Positions 49,761-60,663 of a stretch of 64,000 nucleotides of DNA are shown here, piece after piece (within the stretch, counting starts at the first letter, position 1; every line of letters begins with the position of its first letter). The DNA is taken from assembly GCF_000143415.4 (NCBI RefSeq), contig NW_003314308.1:1034654-1098653 (forward strand), given 5' to 3'. Position numbers and translations under genes: made by a program. Source of the stretch: Selaginella moellendorffii. Its lineage: Eukaryota > Plantae > Lycopodiophyta. The notes beneath the pieces are model-generated. The model was given only the letters and a program-made list of their open reading frames with translations, was not told the origin of the DNA and made no database searches.

Positions 49761-50272
49761 AACATCGGCAAGCAAGACCCTTGACGAGCAGGTGTTGCTA
49801 CTTTCAGACGGCTCTTTGCATCTATCAGGTCAGATAGTGGATAAGTGGATAAGAAAGCATCTGCGATGCAGCTGATGGATGTGAAGCAGTATATATGGGA
49901 TGCTCTCTAGGGTCTTACCAAGCAACAGCTGCCAGGTCACTTCATAGCACAGCAGGAGGCCGGAGGAAAGTTCCAAAGCCTCGTTGTTTGCCTGGATTCA
50001 CTGCAAAAATAGGTGAATGAGATTCAACCTCGTCTCCAAGTGCTAAATGAGATTCAACCTCATCTCCAAGTGCTAGAGGATTGGATAGGATATTCAAAGC
50101 CTAGACTCTACGAGGTACTGGGGATCAATCAGTTCACTACAGCTGCTGAGATTTGGACGTTGTGGCAAGCTTCTTTTCTTACTTCACAAAGGAAGCCATA
50201 CAGAAGTTCTTGACGAGCTGGTGGATTGCAAGTCTACAGGGCTTAGGAAGTTGAAGCCATACAGCTCCTATG

Positions 50273-50925
50273 ACAAAGCTGCCATAAGCTAGAGTCCACA
50301 CAATGGGGATTTTGGACATTCTTGAATGGGCTTCATCTTCCTTGACTACTGCAACCTTCTCAGTGGATAGATCGAACATACAGTTGAAAAAGATAAGAGA
50401 TGTCAGAGCTCTAGCAGAAGATTCGTGTCTTGTTTGATATTCAGGGTCATGCTCACATTATTCCGGAGTTCAAGTATATCACTGACACTTTCTACCCTTT
50501 GTTTAACTGGTACGCGACGAAGTTGGGGATCAAAGTATTTGAGATCTGTGGCAAGAATAAGTTGGTGGATGAAGATGCAAGTGTCACTTATGAGTTTGTG
50601 GAGGGGAAGTGGACGAAGATTTGTGTTTTCATCCACCAACTTGTTTTTACCGTAGATTTTAAACACTTTGATCCCCAACTTCATTGCGTACTAATTAAAC
50701 AAAAGGTAGAAAGTGTCAGTGATATACTTGAACTCTGGAATAGTGTGAGCATGACTGTGAATCATCGAATAAAACACAAATCTTCTGCTGGAGTTTTGAC
50801 ATTTCCATCTTCTTCAATTGTATGTCCAATCTATCCACTGAAAAACTTGTAGTAATCGAGGAAGAAGAAGTCCATTCAAGAGTGTCCAAGATCCTATTGT
50901 GTGCACTCATGGAGATAGTTTTGTT
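50273..50925. repeat. Long imperfect inverted repeat (~300-bp arms, short loop near 50585-50620)
   Basis: e.g. GAGTTCAAGTATATCACTGACACTTTCTACC / GGTAGAAAGTGTCAGTGATATACTTGAACTC and AAGTTGGGGATCAAAG / CTTTGATCCCCAACTT. Confidence 0.85.
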
Positions 50926-51099
50926 TTTGAATCCTCACAACCTTGTTCATTCATTCTAGGGTTTTGGGAGCCACATGCTCGCTCTTGGTCTCTCCTATCT
51001 TGGTACAGCATGTGGGAGTGAGCGACAGACTGCGTCGACTGAAAGTAAGTACTTGATTCTTGAACGAACATCTGTTGTTCTGACAAGTTTTTTGTGTTG

Positions 51100-51820
51100 T
51101 TGGACAAAGTGGAAGAAGTGTGGCAGCAAATGGACCAAGCTCCCAGAAGGTTTCTTCGTCATGGCAATTGAGTCTCTCGCGCTACTGGGATAAGTGACCA
51201 AAGCTGACCACAAACGTCCAGGCTCGGCTCTTACAAGCACTGGCTCGTCACTTCGCCAAGCAAGGAAACATGAAGAGAGTGGAGGAAATGCTGGGCCTTG
51301 CCGATAGATACGAGCTGACACCATCTTTCGGGATTTACAACTATCTCTTCACCAGGTACTTGGCCAGGAAGGACCCCCAGACGGATGAGATTGGCGTTGA
51401 AAGTGGTGACCGAAGAGCGAGCAGTGCCATCTTATGCCGCTGTCACGGGATTGCTTCCATATCTAGCAGCGGAGAAAGACGTGACGACTGCCGAGCAAAT
51501 GGTGCGGAGGTATAGAGGCTGGACGGATGACAACTTCCACAAGCTGCTCCTTAATGTCTATGTAGAAGCTGGGAAAGGACCGTCTCCGGACATAAAGTCG
51601 AGGTTCAGGCGCCTTCCCTGCGTTGGTCACGTTGAAGCCAGGCGGCTGGCTATCAAGGCCTTCGTGTTAGAACCATAGCGATTGCTGCGGTGATACTACG
51701 ACTACTGGTAACTATATCCGTCTCTCTTTTGCCGGCTGGTCCTGACTCTTTTGTTCAAATCCAGGAGTACTTTTCTTCTCTTAGCGACGTCAAACGGACC
51801 TCCTCGTAGCTGCGGTTATG
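51100..51820 (+). pseudogene. Duplicated 3' part and 3' flank of the 47494-49173 PPR gene, with deletions and stops
   Basis: Near-identical to ~48553-49312. Confidence 0.88.
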
Positions 51821-51946
51821 CAAGTTCTTATTGAGACGAATGGCCGAGGTCTACAAAACCGAGCAAACCAGCTTGCCTTGGCTGAAGTGATCATCATACA
51901 AGCGGCTGCCGATAAGATTTCAAGGAGAAGAGAGCTGTACAGGGAG

Positions 51947-53020
51947 CTAGAGCTGGCCCGTCCCGAGTGGACGTCTGGAGCTGTCCCCCGAGGCCCACGC
52001 ACGGTAGTCCTTTTCAAGCTGCAAGGCATCAAACACAAATGATGTTTTACGAAGATGAGAGAATCTGGACAGCACCTGGCTCAAAAATCGAGGAAGCATG
52101 ACGCGCAGGACTTGGCCGAGCACTTGGTTCCCGGTCGATTCTATCGCTTGGACTGGAATAGCTCGAAAGGCAAAAGGCACCTCTATCGTCACCTGCGAGG
52201 ATATATTATCAAGCCGGGACTTGCAGCGAGCAACTTTACCTCGATGGTTGCATCCGAGATGAGCTTCCGGGACTTCGGTGATCTGCCGCTGTTCTTCCAC
52301 GACACTCTATTCTCCATGGACGCTGGAGCACAGCCGAGAGTTACTGACAGGGCCGGGAAGAAATAACGAAGATGCTACCATCATACCTGAGAACTTTTGG
52401 TTCTGCGCGACTACTATTGGAGAACCTTCGAGCTGATGAGGATCGGGGTGTTTAGAATTCGACCGTGGGGAGCAGCAGAGAGTCTACTTACAGTGCATGA
52501 CAAGAGCTTGATGATGCAACCATCGGGCTGTTCTTCGACGGTGACAACGAGCACCGGACAAACTTCGAAGGCGAAGAACTTGAGCTTGTGGACGTAGCAC
52601 TTGAAGGTATTGTCGTCCACTCTCTCGATACGCTGCGCATCTAACACCGAGTACTGGCTTGCAGGAAGACTCATATACTCGGCTGGGAAGAACGAAGAAC
52701 AAGAAGGAAAGAAAGATGAGAGGCTTGTCAGGCATGGACATTCTTCGCCGAGTACCTAGAGGGCGATGGGTCTCCTCGAGAAGGTAACTCTCGCTCGCTC
52801 GCCCGACTAACCTTGCCCGTGGCTCTGATCTCGCGAGATCGCCAGGGACGTCGACCGCTGCCGCGATTCTCCCGTGCTGCCGCTGCCGCTTCCTCCTCCG
52901 CGATGCAAAGCTTGGAGGACCCAGCTTGAGCGCTTCCAATCCAAGCTTTTCGGGAGAAGACAAGGCAATGTGATGGTGGCTCCGAGACTCCAGGGAGGAG
53001 AAGAGGCTCCAGCACGCCAT
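51947..53020 (-). CDS. DUF1997 family protein, multi-exon, probable plastid targeting
   Basis: Spliced product MSLPASQYSVLDA.RIERVDDNTFKCYV...LEGSPIVVAQNQKFS|ASM.NRVSW..|VTIEVPFAFRAIPV..MLPRFL.Q|LEKDYRAWASGD.SR.PLGTG. Confidence 0.82.
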
Positions 53021-53444
53021 GCCCTTCGTGGATTTGCTGGAGAGTTCGATACCTCTGAGAGTTTTAATGGTAAAAAGTTAAAAGTTAAAAAGTAGAAAGG
53101 CTTAGATGAATCTTTACCTTTTAGCAAAATAGAATTGTCCCTGGAATATTCTTGACGAAAACTGGGCTTATAAACCCTAAAATATATTTGCGCGATTTCT
53201 CCTGAGCTCCAATCGGTGTATCTCAGTGGCTGCGAGTTCACATCGCCGTCCACGACCTTTGCGGCTTGCGCGGCTTCGATCTTAGGGTTTTTGAGAGGCA
53301 AGGATTTCCAGCAGCGATCTTCTCTCGTCAGCGCCTTCATCCGCGGCTTCCACAGCGATCTAGGACGATCCACAAAATGTAGGTGCGAACTAGCAATCTA
53401 GGATGATCCACAGGAGGATGGAGGCAAGGTCGTGGATTCTGGCG

Positions 53445-54984
53445 CTAGTAGACGTGAGAATCTAGCCTTGGACGGGGAATCGCCACCAGAGGTTGAGTCT
53501 TTTGGCACACCAATCCAAAAGTCTCAGCCATATCCATCTTTGCAGGATCTTGGTCGAGCTCCCAGTCAAATCCTTGGACAAGCATCGCCACTCCAATCCG
53601 GACAGTATCAAGGCCGAGCTTGGCGCCGGGGCAGACTCTCCTCCCAGTTCCAAATGGAACGAAGTGGAAGTTTTGGCCAAACACGTCGATGTCCTGCTCG
53701 ATGAATCGCTGTGGCCGGAACTCCAGAGGCTCTTTCCAGAACTTCCCGTCCATCCCGATCGAGTAGCTGCTCAGGTAGACCAAGGCCCCGGCTGGGATCG
53801 TGAAGCCACCGAGCTTGATCGGCCCTCCTTCGACGAGCTTGGGATTGATGAGCGGCGTCACTTGGTGGAGCCTCAGTGTCTCCTTGGCTATGGCCTCCAC
53901 GTATGGAAGCTTGGGCAGGTCCGAGTCCTCCACAAGCCTTTGCGACCCGACAACGTCGTCGATCTCGCGTCGAGCTCTCGAGAGCTCGGCTGGATGGCGG
54001 AGAAGTTCCGCCATGGCCCATTCTACCGAGAGAGCCGAGCTATCAACTGCGCCAAGCAAGATATCCTGCGTGATCTAGCGTCAGGGAGGAGAAATCCAAG
54101 AGGAGGAGAACACTTACGAGCAAAAGCGTGATCTTGGTCGTGTCCGAGAGCTCGTCCATGGAGATGAGCACGTCGATGAACGCCATGGGCTCCTCGTCGG
54201 TGGTGACAACCCGAGGATTCTCTCGCCGGTCTCGCAAGATGGAGAAGAGGTGGCGATTCAGCTTGTCCGTGAGCTGCTTGTACTGCTTCTCCAGGCCCTG
54301 GACGTCCAGCCACCGTAGCCAGGGGATGTAATCGCTCACGTTGAAGATCCCGACCAACCTTATTGTCTCGACGATGGCTCGCACGAATTCCTGGCTGGAT
54401 CCACAGAAGGAGCGCTCGCCGAAGAGCCTGTAAGCTATGATGTTCATGTTGAAGTCGTGGAACTTTTCGCGCAGGAGCACCGGATTTCCCTGCTCGTCGC
54501 GGATGGATCGAGCGAGGCGGTGCTGCTCTTCCCGGCGAATCCCATCGCAGATCCTCAGCCGCGCCGGCGATAGCAAGTGAGTGTTGATGAGTTTCCTGTA
54601 GAGCTTCACCTGTGGAGTGTAGGAACTGAAGATTATGCCGCTGGAATCGTTGCCAAAGTACTTGCTACAGATCAGCGAAGGTTTCGACGAACACTGGAGG
54701 CTGTGGAGCTTGAATATCTCGCTGGCTGCTCGCGCGGAGCTGATGATCACGGCGGAGGCCCTGCCGAGCTTCAGGTGCATGACGTCGCCGTGCTTGCGAG
54801 AGAGCTTTTGAAGGGAGATGTGAGGGAGCGAGCCGAGCCTGTGGAGGCTGCCAATGACGGGGAGATTGAAGGGGCCGGGAGGGAGACGATCTCCATCGCG
54901 TCTTCTTCCTCTTCTAGAGCCAGCGAAGTACAAGAGGGGCATCAAAGCGACCAGCATCAAGGCACACAAAGTTGCAAGATCCAT
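53445..54984 (-). CDS. Cytochrome P450 (CYP71-clan-like), intron ~54117-54067
   Basis: N-terminal anchor, LPPGPFNLPVIG, KETLR, F.PQRF and heme motif PFGTGRRVCPG; single phase-0 intron before the I-helix. Confidence 0.93.
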
Positions 54985-55160
54985 AGCTTGGAAGAACACA
55001 AATTTTTGGTGAATCTGGAAGAACACACTCTAGCTAGAACTGTCCAGAGATATAGATTTCTCACTGGCTTTGCATCATTGGAAAGTACTGTTCCCGAGCA
55101 CACGGTATCAAAAAAAATCTAGAGCTTTGACTAGAACAGTCAACTCTAGTCCAATAGTGG

Positions 55161-56831
55161 TCAACGTAAGTTATCGCACGGTCTGGATGATTCTCGCAGC
55201 TCCCGAGATCGTGGAAACTTGCTGTGGAACACCCAGCTACCACTCGAGAACAAGTGTACGTAAGCTCCAGCATCCTTGGAGCTGCGCAGCTCAAACAGCT
55301 TCTCGATCGCGAGCGATGCCAGATCCCTGTTCTTGTGAGCCTTGCAAGCAGCGGCCGCCAAGCACGTCCACTCCATCGCGTCTGGCTCGAAAGGCATGCT
55401 CTCGATCAGCTCCGCGGCATCGCCCAGGAACCCGGCTCGAGCGATGAGATCGACCAAGCAGCAGTAGTGGAACTTGGTAGCATCCAGACCGTGGTCGACT
55501 CGCATCGAACGAAACAGGGATCGGCCAGTGTAAGCGTCTCCACCATAGCTGCAAGCCACCAGGACACTGACGAAGGTCGTCTCGTCGGGAGAGCACTGCC
55601 AGCAGCACCTCATCCATCCAAAACTCTCGAGTGCTCGATCGGGATGCCCGTTCTGGGCGTAGGAAGCGAGAACAACGTTCCACGAGACCAAGTCGTGCTC
55701 TTCGGCCGTGTCAAACAGGCTCCTCACTCGCTCGAGATGCCCGTTCTTGGCATAAGCGACGAGCATAGAGTTCCAAGACACCATGTTTCTCTCTGGCATC
55801 GTTTCAAAAACCTGTCTTGCTTCGTCAACATAGCCGTCGAGAGCGTAAGCGCAGAGAATCGCTGTCCAGGAGACGAGATCCTTCCTCTCCATCCCATCAA
55901 AGAACTCTTTTGCGAGCTCCAACCTTCCGTGACGAACATACGCGGAGAGAAGAACGTTCCAGGAGAAGAGATCCCACTCTGGAAACCGATCCAACAGGAT
56001 CCTTGCCTGCTCGAGATCTCCCTTGGAAGCATAGGCCGAGAGCAGCGACGTCCAGGAAACGATGTTGGTCTCTTCCATCTCATCGAAGACGGTTCTCGCG
56101 TCGTTGAGTCGGCCGTGCCGGACGTAGCCCGATAGCATCGTCGAGCACGAAACGATATCTCTTTCCGGAACACCGTGAAACAGCTTCTCTGCTTCTTCCA
56201 GATATTCGTTCTCGGTGTTTGCAGCGAGCATCGCCGACCAGGAAACTAAATCTCGCTCCGGCATCTGGATGAAGCAAGCTCTAGCTTCGTCGATGCAGTT
56301 CTTCTTCGCGTAAGTCACCACCATGCTCGTCCAGGAAATCAAGTTCCTCTCTGGCATTGAATCGAAGATGTTCTTGGCCTCGTCGACAAGTCCCCGCTGA
56401 GCATAAGCCGCGAGAATGGCGTTCCAGGAAACCATGTTTCTCTCTTGCATGGAATCAAACACTTGCTTTGCTTCGTCCAGATGCCCGTTGCGAGAATAAG
56501 CTGTGAGCATTGCCGTCCAGGCATACAAGTCCCACTGTTCCATGGCGTCAAAGATCTGCTTCGCTTGTAGCAGCTGCCCCGTCTGGGCATAAGTCGACAG
56601 CATCACCACCCAAGAGCAAACGTCCTTGCAAGTGATCGTTTGGAAGAACTCCCAGGCTTGTTCAATGCTGCCGAGCTTGGCATATTTCTGGAGGAGCTTG
56701 TTCGAAAGGTGCGTGTCACTGCTTAGAAGGTGGCGTAATCGAGAGCGAGCCTGGCGTGTCATCGAAAGGCTTGTGCACGAATCTATCAACGCGACGGGAT
56801 TGATCAACGCCAAGTTGGCAGCGTTCATCAT
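55161..56831 (-). CDS. PLS-class PPR protein with a long SS-motif run and E domain
   Basis: ~31-aa repeats (ERN.VSWN..L.AYA..G...A...F..M); HYCCLVDLIARAG; no DYW. Confidence 0.9.
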   Translation of the reverse strand: MMNAANLALINPVALIDSCTSLSMTRQARSRLRHLLSSDTHLSNKLLQKYAKLGSIEQAWEFFQTITCKDVCSWVVMLSTYAQTGQLLQAKQIFDAMEQWDLYAWTAMLTAYSRNGHLDEAKQVFDSMQERNMVSWNAILAAYAQRGLVDEAKNIFDSMPERNLISWTSMVVTYAKKNCIDEARACFIQMPERDLVSWSAMLAANTENEYLEEAEKLFHGVPERDIVSCSTMLSGYVRHGRLNDARTVFDEMEETNIVSWTSLLSAYASKGDLEQARILLDRFPEWDLFSWNVLLSAYVRHGRLELAKEFFDGMERKDLVSWTAILCAYALDGYVDEARQVFETMPERNMVSWNSMLVAYAKNGHLERVRSLFDTAEEHDLVSWNVVLASYAQNGHPDRALESFGWMRCCWQCSPDETTFVSVLVACSYGGDAYTGRSLFRSMRVDHGLDATKFHYCCLVDLIARAGFLGDAAELIESMPFEPDAMEWTCLAAAACKAHKNRDLASLAIEKLFELRSSKDAGAYVHLFSSGSWVFHSKFPRSRELRESSRPCDNLR

Positions 56832-56915
56832 CTTCCTGGGTCAAGAAATTAAAAAAAAATTCGTCAGTAAACCATGAGGAGTTTGCTAGTAAAGAACTCC
56901 AACCTTTACGCGTCT

Positions 56916-57743
56916 CTAGCATTTCTTCTTGAGAATGTAAACATCAGCCTCCTCAAAAGCGTAGTCGGGATGGAGCTGGGAACGATCGACTTTTTCGACG
57001 GCGAATCTCTCTGGACAAAGCCTCCAAAACAACTCGTGAGCCTCAGGTGATCTCACCTGGTATCCCAAAAGAATCAAACTGTCCGGCCCAGAGACATCGC
57101 TCATCGTTTGTAGCAAAGGCTCCACTCCATTCTCGATATATACCACATCCGCCGCGATCACCACGTCGAATGGAGGCTTCAAGCTCTCGATTTGTTGCTT
57201 GTTTCCCCAGTTAAGCTGTGCCACCTTCTCAAGAAAAAAGACAACAAAATATGTGTTAGAACGAAGCCACGAGCAAAGACAACGAAAACAAAGAAAAGTA
57301 GAAATGAAAGATCACTAGAGAGAGCGAAGAACGAAGGAAAGAAGTGTGTGATCCATCTAGATTACAAGTGAGAGGAAAAAATGCTATCGATCGATCGCTC
57401 ATACCTTTACTTTCTTCTTGGAGGAGAGCGATGTCGCAAGGACATTCTTCTTCACATTCCTCTTGAGCGTGGAGAGAACCGGCGGCACATCCGTGAGCAG
57501 CACCTGGCCGAGGCCCAGCAACGCCAACGCCAGGCCAGCGCCGCCACACCCAGCCCCGAGCTCAATCCCCCGCTTGCCCTGGATCCTCTCGCGAATCCCG
57601 CCCTGCCGCTCCGCCCATTTCGCCAGCACTAGCGAGCACGGCCACACCGTCGTCCCGACGTGCATCGATCCATTGTCCTGCTCCATGGCGATCTCCTCAT
57701 TGCCGATCGCGAGCTTCACCACTGGCCACGACGAATATTTCAT
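56916..57743 (-). CDS. METTL21-like lysine methyltransferase (Methyltransf_16 type), one intron ~57403-57225
   Basis: GTTVWPCSLVLA, IELGAGCG, LLTD, LNWG and DVVIAADVVY motifs. Confidence 0.9.
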
Positions 57744-57843
57744 CGCATTCTCACAATAGCCCTAATAGTGACGTGTCATCCCATCCAATGTGGCTGCCAC
57801 ATATGCGCCACGTATGAAATAGAATATTCGTACGAAAAAGTAT

Positions 57844-59730
57844 TTAAACTTGTAAAGCATTGGAGAGCATCACATAAGAGGTTGCTTGGGAGGTGTCAAA
57901 CTCGAGAACTTTAGTGGCTGCGCAGCCACCCAAGAGTGAATCGCGTTGGACAGTGGAAGCTCCAAGCATGGCACCCCATGCCTCGAGATTTGGCTTGCAA
58001 GGCATAGAGTGGATCACATCCTTGGCATTTTGGAGCTCCCCGCATCGCCCAATGACATCTACAATGCAGGCATAGTGTTCTTGAGATTGGATCACTCCAA
58101 AGTCGTGGTGCATCGAGGAGAAGAGTTGGATGCTTCGGGTTATGAGACCCAAATGGTTGCAAACCGTGAGAAGGCTCAAAAATGCGACACTGTCTGGGAT
58201 TGCGCCACGCAAGTTGAGCTCGAGAAACACCTCTACAGCTTTTCTTGGGTGGCCATTCTGGGCATATGCTGCGAGCATTGCGTTCCAAGAGACAAGATCA
58301 TGATCAAACATCGTGGCAAATGTTTTTTCTGCTTTTGCCAAGGCACCGGCTTGGACAAAAATTGTCAGCAATACGTTCCATGAAATGGTATCCCTTTCTG
58401 GCATTTCATAGAACATAGAGAGTGCTTCTTCAAAGTTCCCATTGCGTCCCAAACCGGCAACAATGATATTCCATGTCACCAAATCCCACCTTGGCATTTG
58501 GTTAAAGAGCTTTTGAGATTCATTGATGTGCCCACAATGGGCATATGCCGCAATCATGGAATTCCAAGCACCAGTGTCTCTGAAAGGCATCTTTTCAAAC
58601 ATAATTCTTGCTTGCTCTAACAACATATTTCTTGCGTAAGCTTGTAACATTACAGTCCAAGTTACAAATGTTGGATCTTCTATTTGGTCGAAAATAATCT
58701 TTGCTGAATCAAGATCTCCTGCATCGGCATAAGCTTGAATCATGCTTGTACGTGCAACTACATCGGGTTCAGGCATCATGTCAAATATCCCTTTTGCTTT
58801 TCTAATGTTTGAAACTGTGACATAAGACGCTAACATAGCATTCCATGATACATTATTCTTTTCCGGCATACTCTTAAACATCTCTTCTGCAGCATCTAAA
58901 TGCCCTGATTTGGTACTTGCTGTGAGAATTGCGGTCCAAGTTATGACGTTCCAAACTGGTGCACTCTCAAACATTTTTTTTGCTTCAGTAAGGTTTCCAT
59001 TTTGCGCATAGGCGTCAATCATGGCTGTCCAGGTAACCACATCTCTGTATGGCATTGCATAAAAAATAAGCTTTGCCTGTTCCAAATACTTAGTTTCGGC
59101 ATATGCAACAAGCATGGTGGTAAAAGTTAAGATATTTTTTTCTTGCATTTTATCAAACAAAACCTTTGCCTTGTTAAGATGGTCATTAAGTATATAAGCC
59201 TGGATCATTGCGGTGCATGATACCACAGTCACCTCTGCCATCTGCTGAAAGAGATTATTTGCCTTTTCAAAATGCCCAGTTGAGGCATATGCTGTGATGA
59301 TAATCGTCCAGGAGACATCGTTTCTGTTCTTCATTTTTTCAAATATTTCTTGAGCTTGGATCAAATTTCCATTGTCTGCATAGGCAGAAATCATCGAATT
59401 CCAAGCAATTGTGTTTTGAACTGGCATTTGCGTGAAAGTCTCTAGCGCTTGTTGAAGATAGCCATTGCGGGTATACACTTGGATCATGATGTTCCACGAG
59501 AAGAGATTGGGCTGAGGAATTCGATCGAATGCTGCTTTCGAGTCCTCGACACTTCCACATCTCCCATACATCTCCACCACCAGATTCGCCAAATACCTGT
59601 TGTGCCTATGCACACTCTCCAGGATTTGGGCATGAACTCTTCTACCCTCACTCAATTTTTTTGAAGTTCCACACTGCCGGAGGAGTACAGCAAAATGATC
59701 CTGCTCCACTCTATGTGAAGATTCTGACAT
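57844..59730 (-). CDS. PLS-class PPR protein with a long SS-motif run and E domain
   Basis: Tandem 31-aa repeats; HYACIVDVIGRCG..WGAMLGA..YVMLSN. Confidence 0.9.
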   Translation of the reverse strand: MSESSHRVEQDHFAVLLRQCGTSKKLSEGRRVHAQILESVHRHNRYLANLVVEMYGRCGSVEDSKAAFDRIPQPNLFSWNIMIQVYTRNGYLQQALETFTQMPVQNTIAWNSMISAYADNGNLIQAQEIFEKMKNRNDVSWTIIITAYASTGHFEKANNLFQQMAEVTVVSCTAMIQAYILNDHLNKAKVLFDKMQEKNILTFTTMLVAYAETKYLEQAKLIFYAMPYRDVVTWTAMIDAYAQNGNLTEAKKMFESAPVWNVITWTAILTASTKSGHLDAAEEMFKSMPEKNNVSWNAMLASYVTVSNIRKAKGIFDMMPEPDVVARTSMIQAYADAGDLDSAKIIFDQIEDPTFVTWTVMLQAYARNMLLEQARIMFEKMPFRDTGAWNSMIAAYAHCGHINESQKLFNQMPRWDLVTWNIIVAGLGRNGNFEEALSMFYEMPERDTISWNVLLTIFVQAGALAKAEKTFATMFDHDLVSWNAMLAAYAQNGHPRKAVEVFLELNLRGAIPDSVAFLSLLTVCNHLGLITRSIQLFSSMHHDFGVIQSQEHYACIVDVIGRCGELQNAKDVIHSMPCKPNLEAWGAMLGASTVQRDSLLGGCAATKVLEFDTSQATSYVMLSNALQV

Positions 59731-60663
59731 ATTTATACGGGTTAGAAGCGGATTTCTATGACTTCTACATATGTTTAAAAGAGTCGAATCGAAATAAATT
59801 TTAACACATGATCATCATATGATCATAGTGATGGCGCATCAAAATCTTCTCTCCAGACTGTAAAGATCCAATCGTGAGGTATGATTACACATAAGGCAAC
59901 CTTAGAGCCTTGCAATTCGTCTCGATTGTACTTCATAACAGGCTCAGAAGGACTCGGGATACCACCCTACAAAATTAAGCATAAAAAATGGTGCTCATAA
60001 TGAACTACGTACCAGATACTGTAGAATCAGCGGCACGACTTTCTCTGGAATAATCTTGCCAACAATCGCAATAGTAAAGGCAGAAGGATCTTTTAAAACA
60101 AGAATCAAAGAAAGCGCACGCCCTCGGAGGATCAACTTTGCGAAGATCTATTACAGTAATGCAAGGAAATGTCCGTATTTGGAAGACGATGAGCAAACGC
60201 CTTGGTTTGCAAGAGGATGCTTGTTCTTCTCCGCTGCAAATTTGGCACGAACTTCCTGAAATGGGATTTCACTACGCAAGCTATAGCTGAATGGAAAGAG
60301 GCCGTCCTAAAGGATTCGACGATCACAAAAGCCTCTCATGATGACACATTCAAGAAAAAGATTCTTCATGAGCTTACGTCCAATGGTACTATTATCAAAC
60401 CCACAGAAACTCAAGAAACACCTCTGCGAGACAGTATCTCCTACGATCTCCTAGAAGGATAGGCAGCGCTCGGTTTCTGATAGGGAAGAGCGGGAGAGTG
60501 TCCAAAGTCAAAAAATTTGCTATTATCTCTTTTAAAGGCTTATTCTCAAAATACTAGGATCATATCGTATCCAATATAATTAGTTGTAAATCTTTTCTTA
60601 AACCTTATATAACTTGTGGCATTGTTTTAAAAGAGAGCTTGATGTGAGGGTTTTGGTGGAAAA

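Noticed and set aside
53021-53444. P450 to DUF1997 as a further cistron
   Set aside because: The 424-bp gap has telo-boxes and a TATA-like motif before an ordinary 5'UTR intron, so it probably has its own promoter.
57744-57843. Another polycistronic junction (100-bp gap)
   Set aside because: No intron signature; contains ACGT-core elements and looks like a compact promoter. Not excluded, but unsupported.
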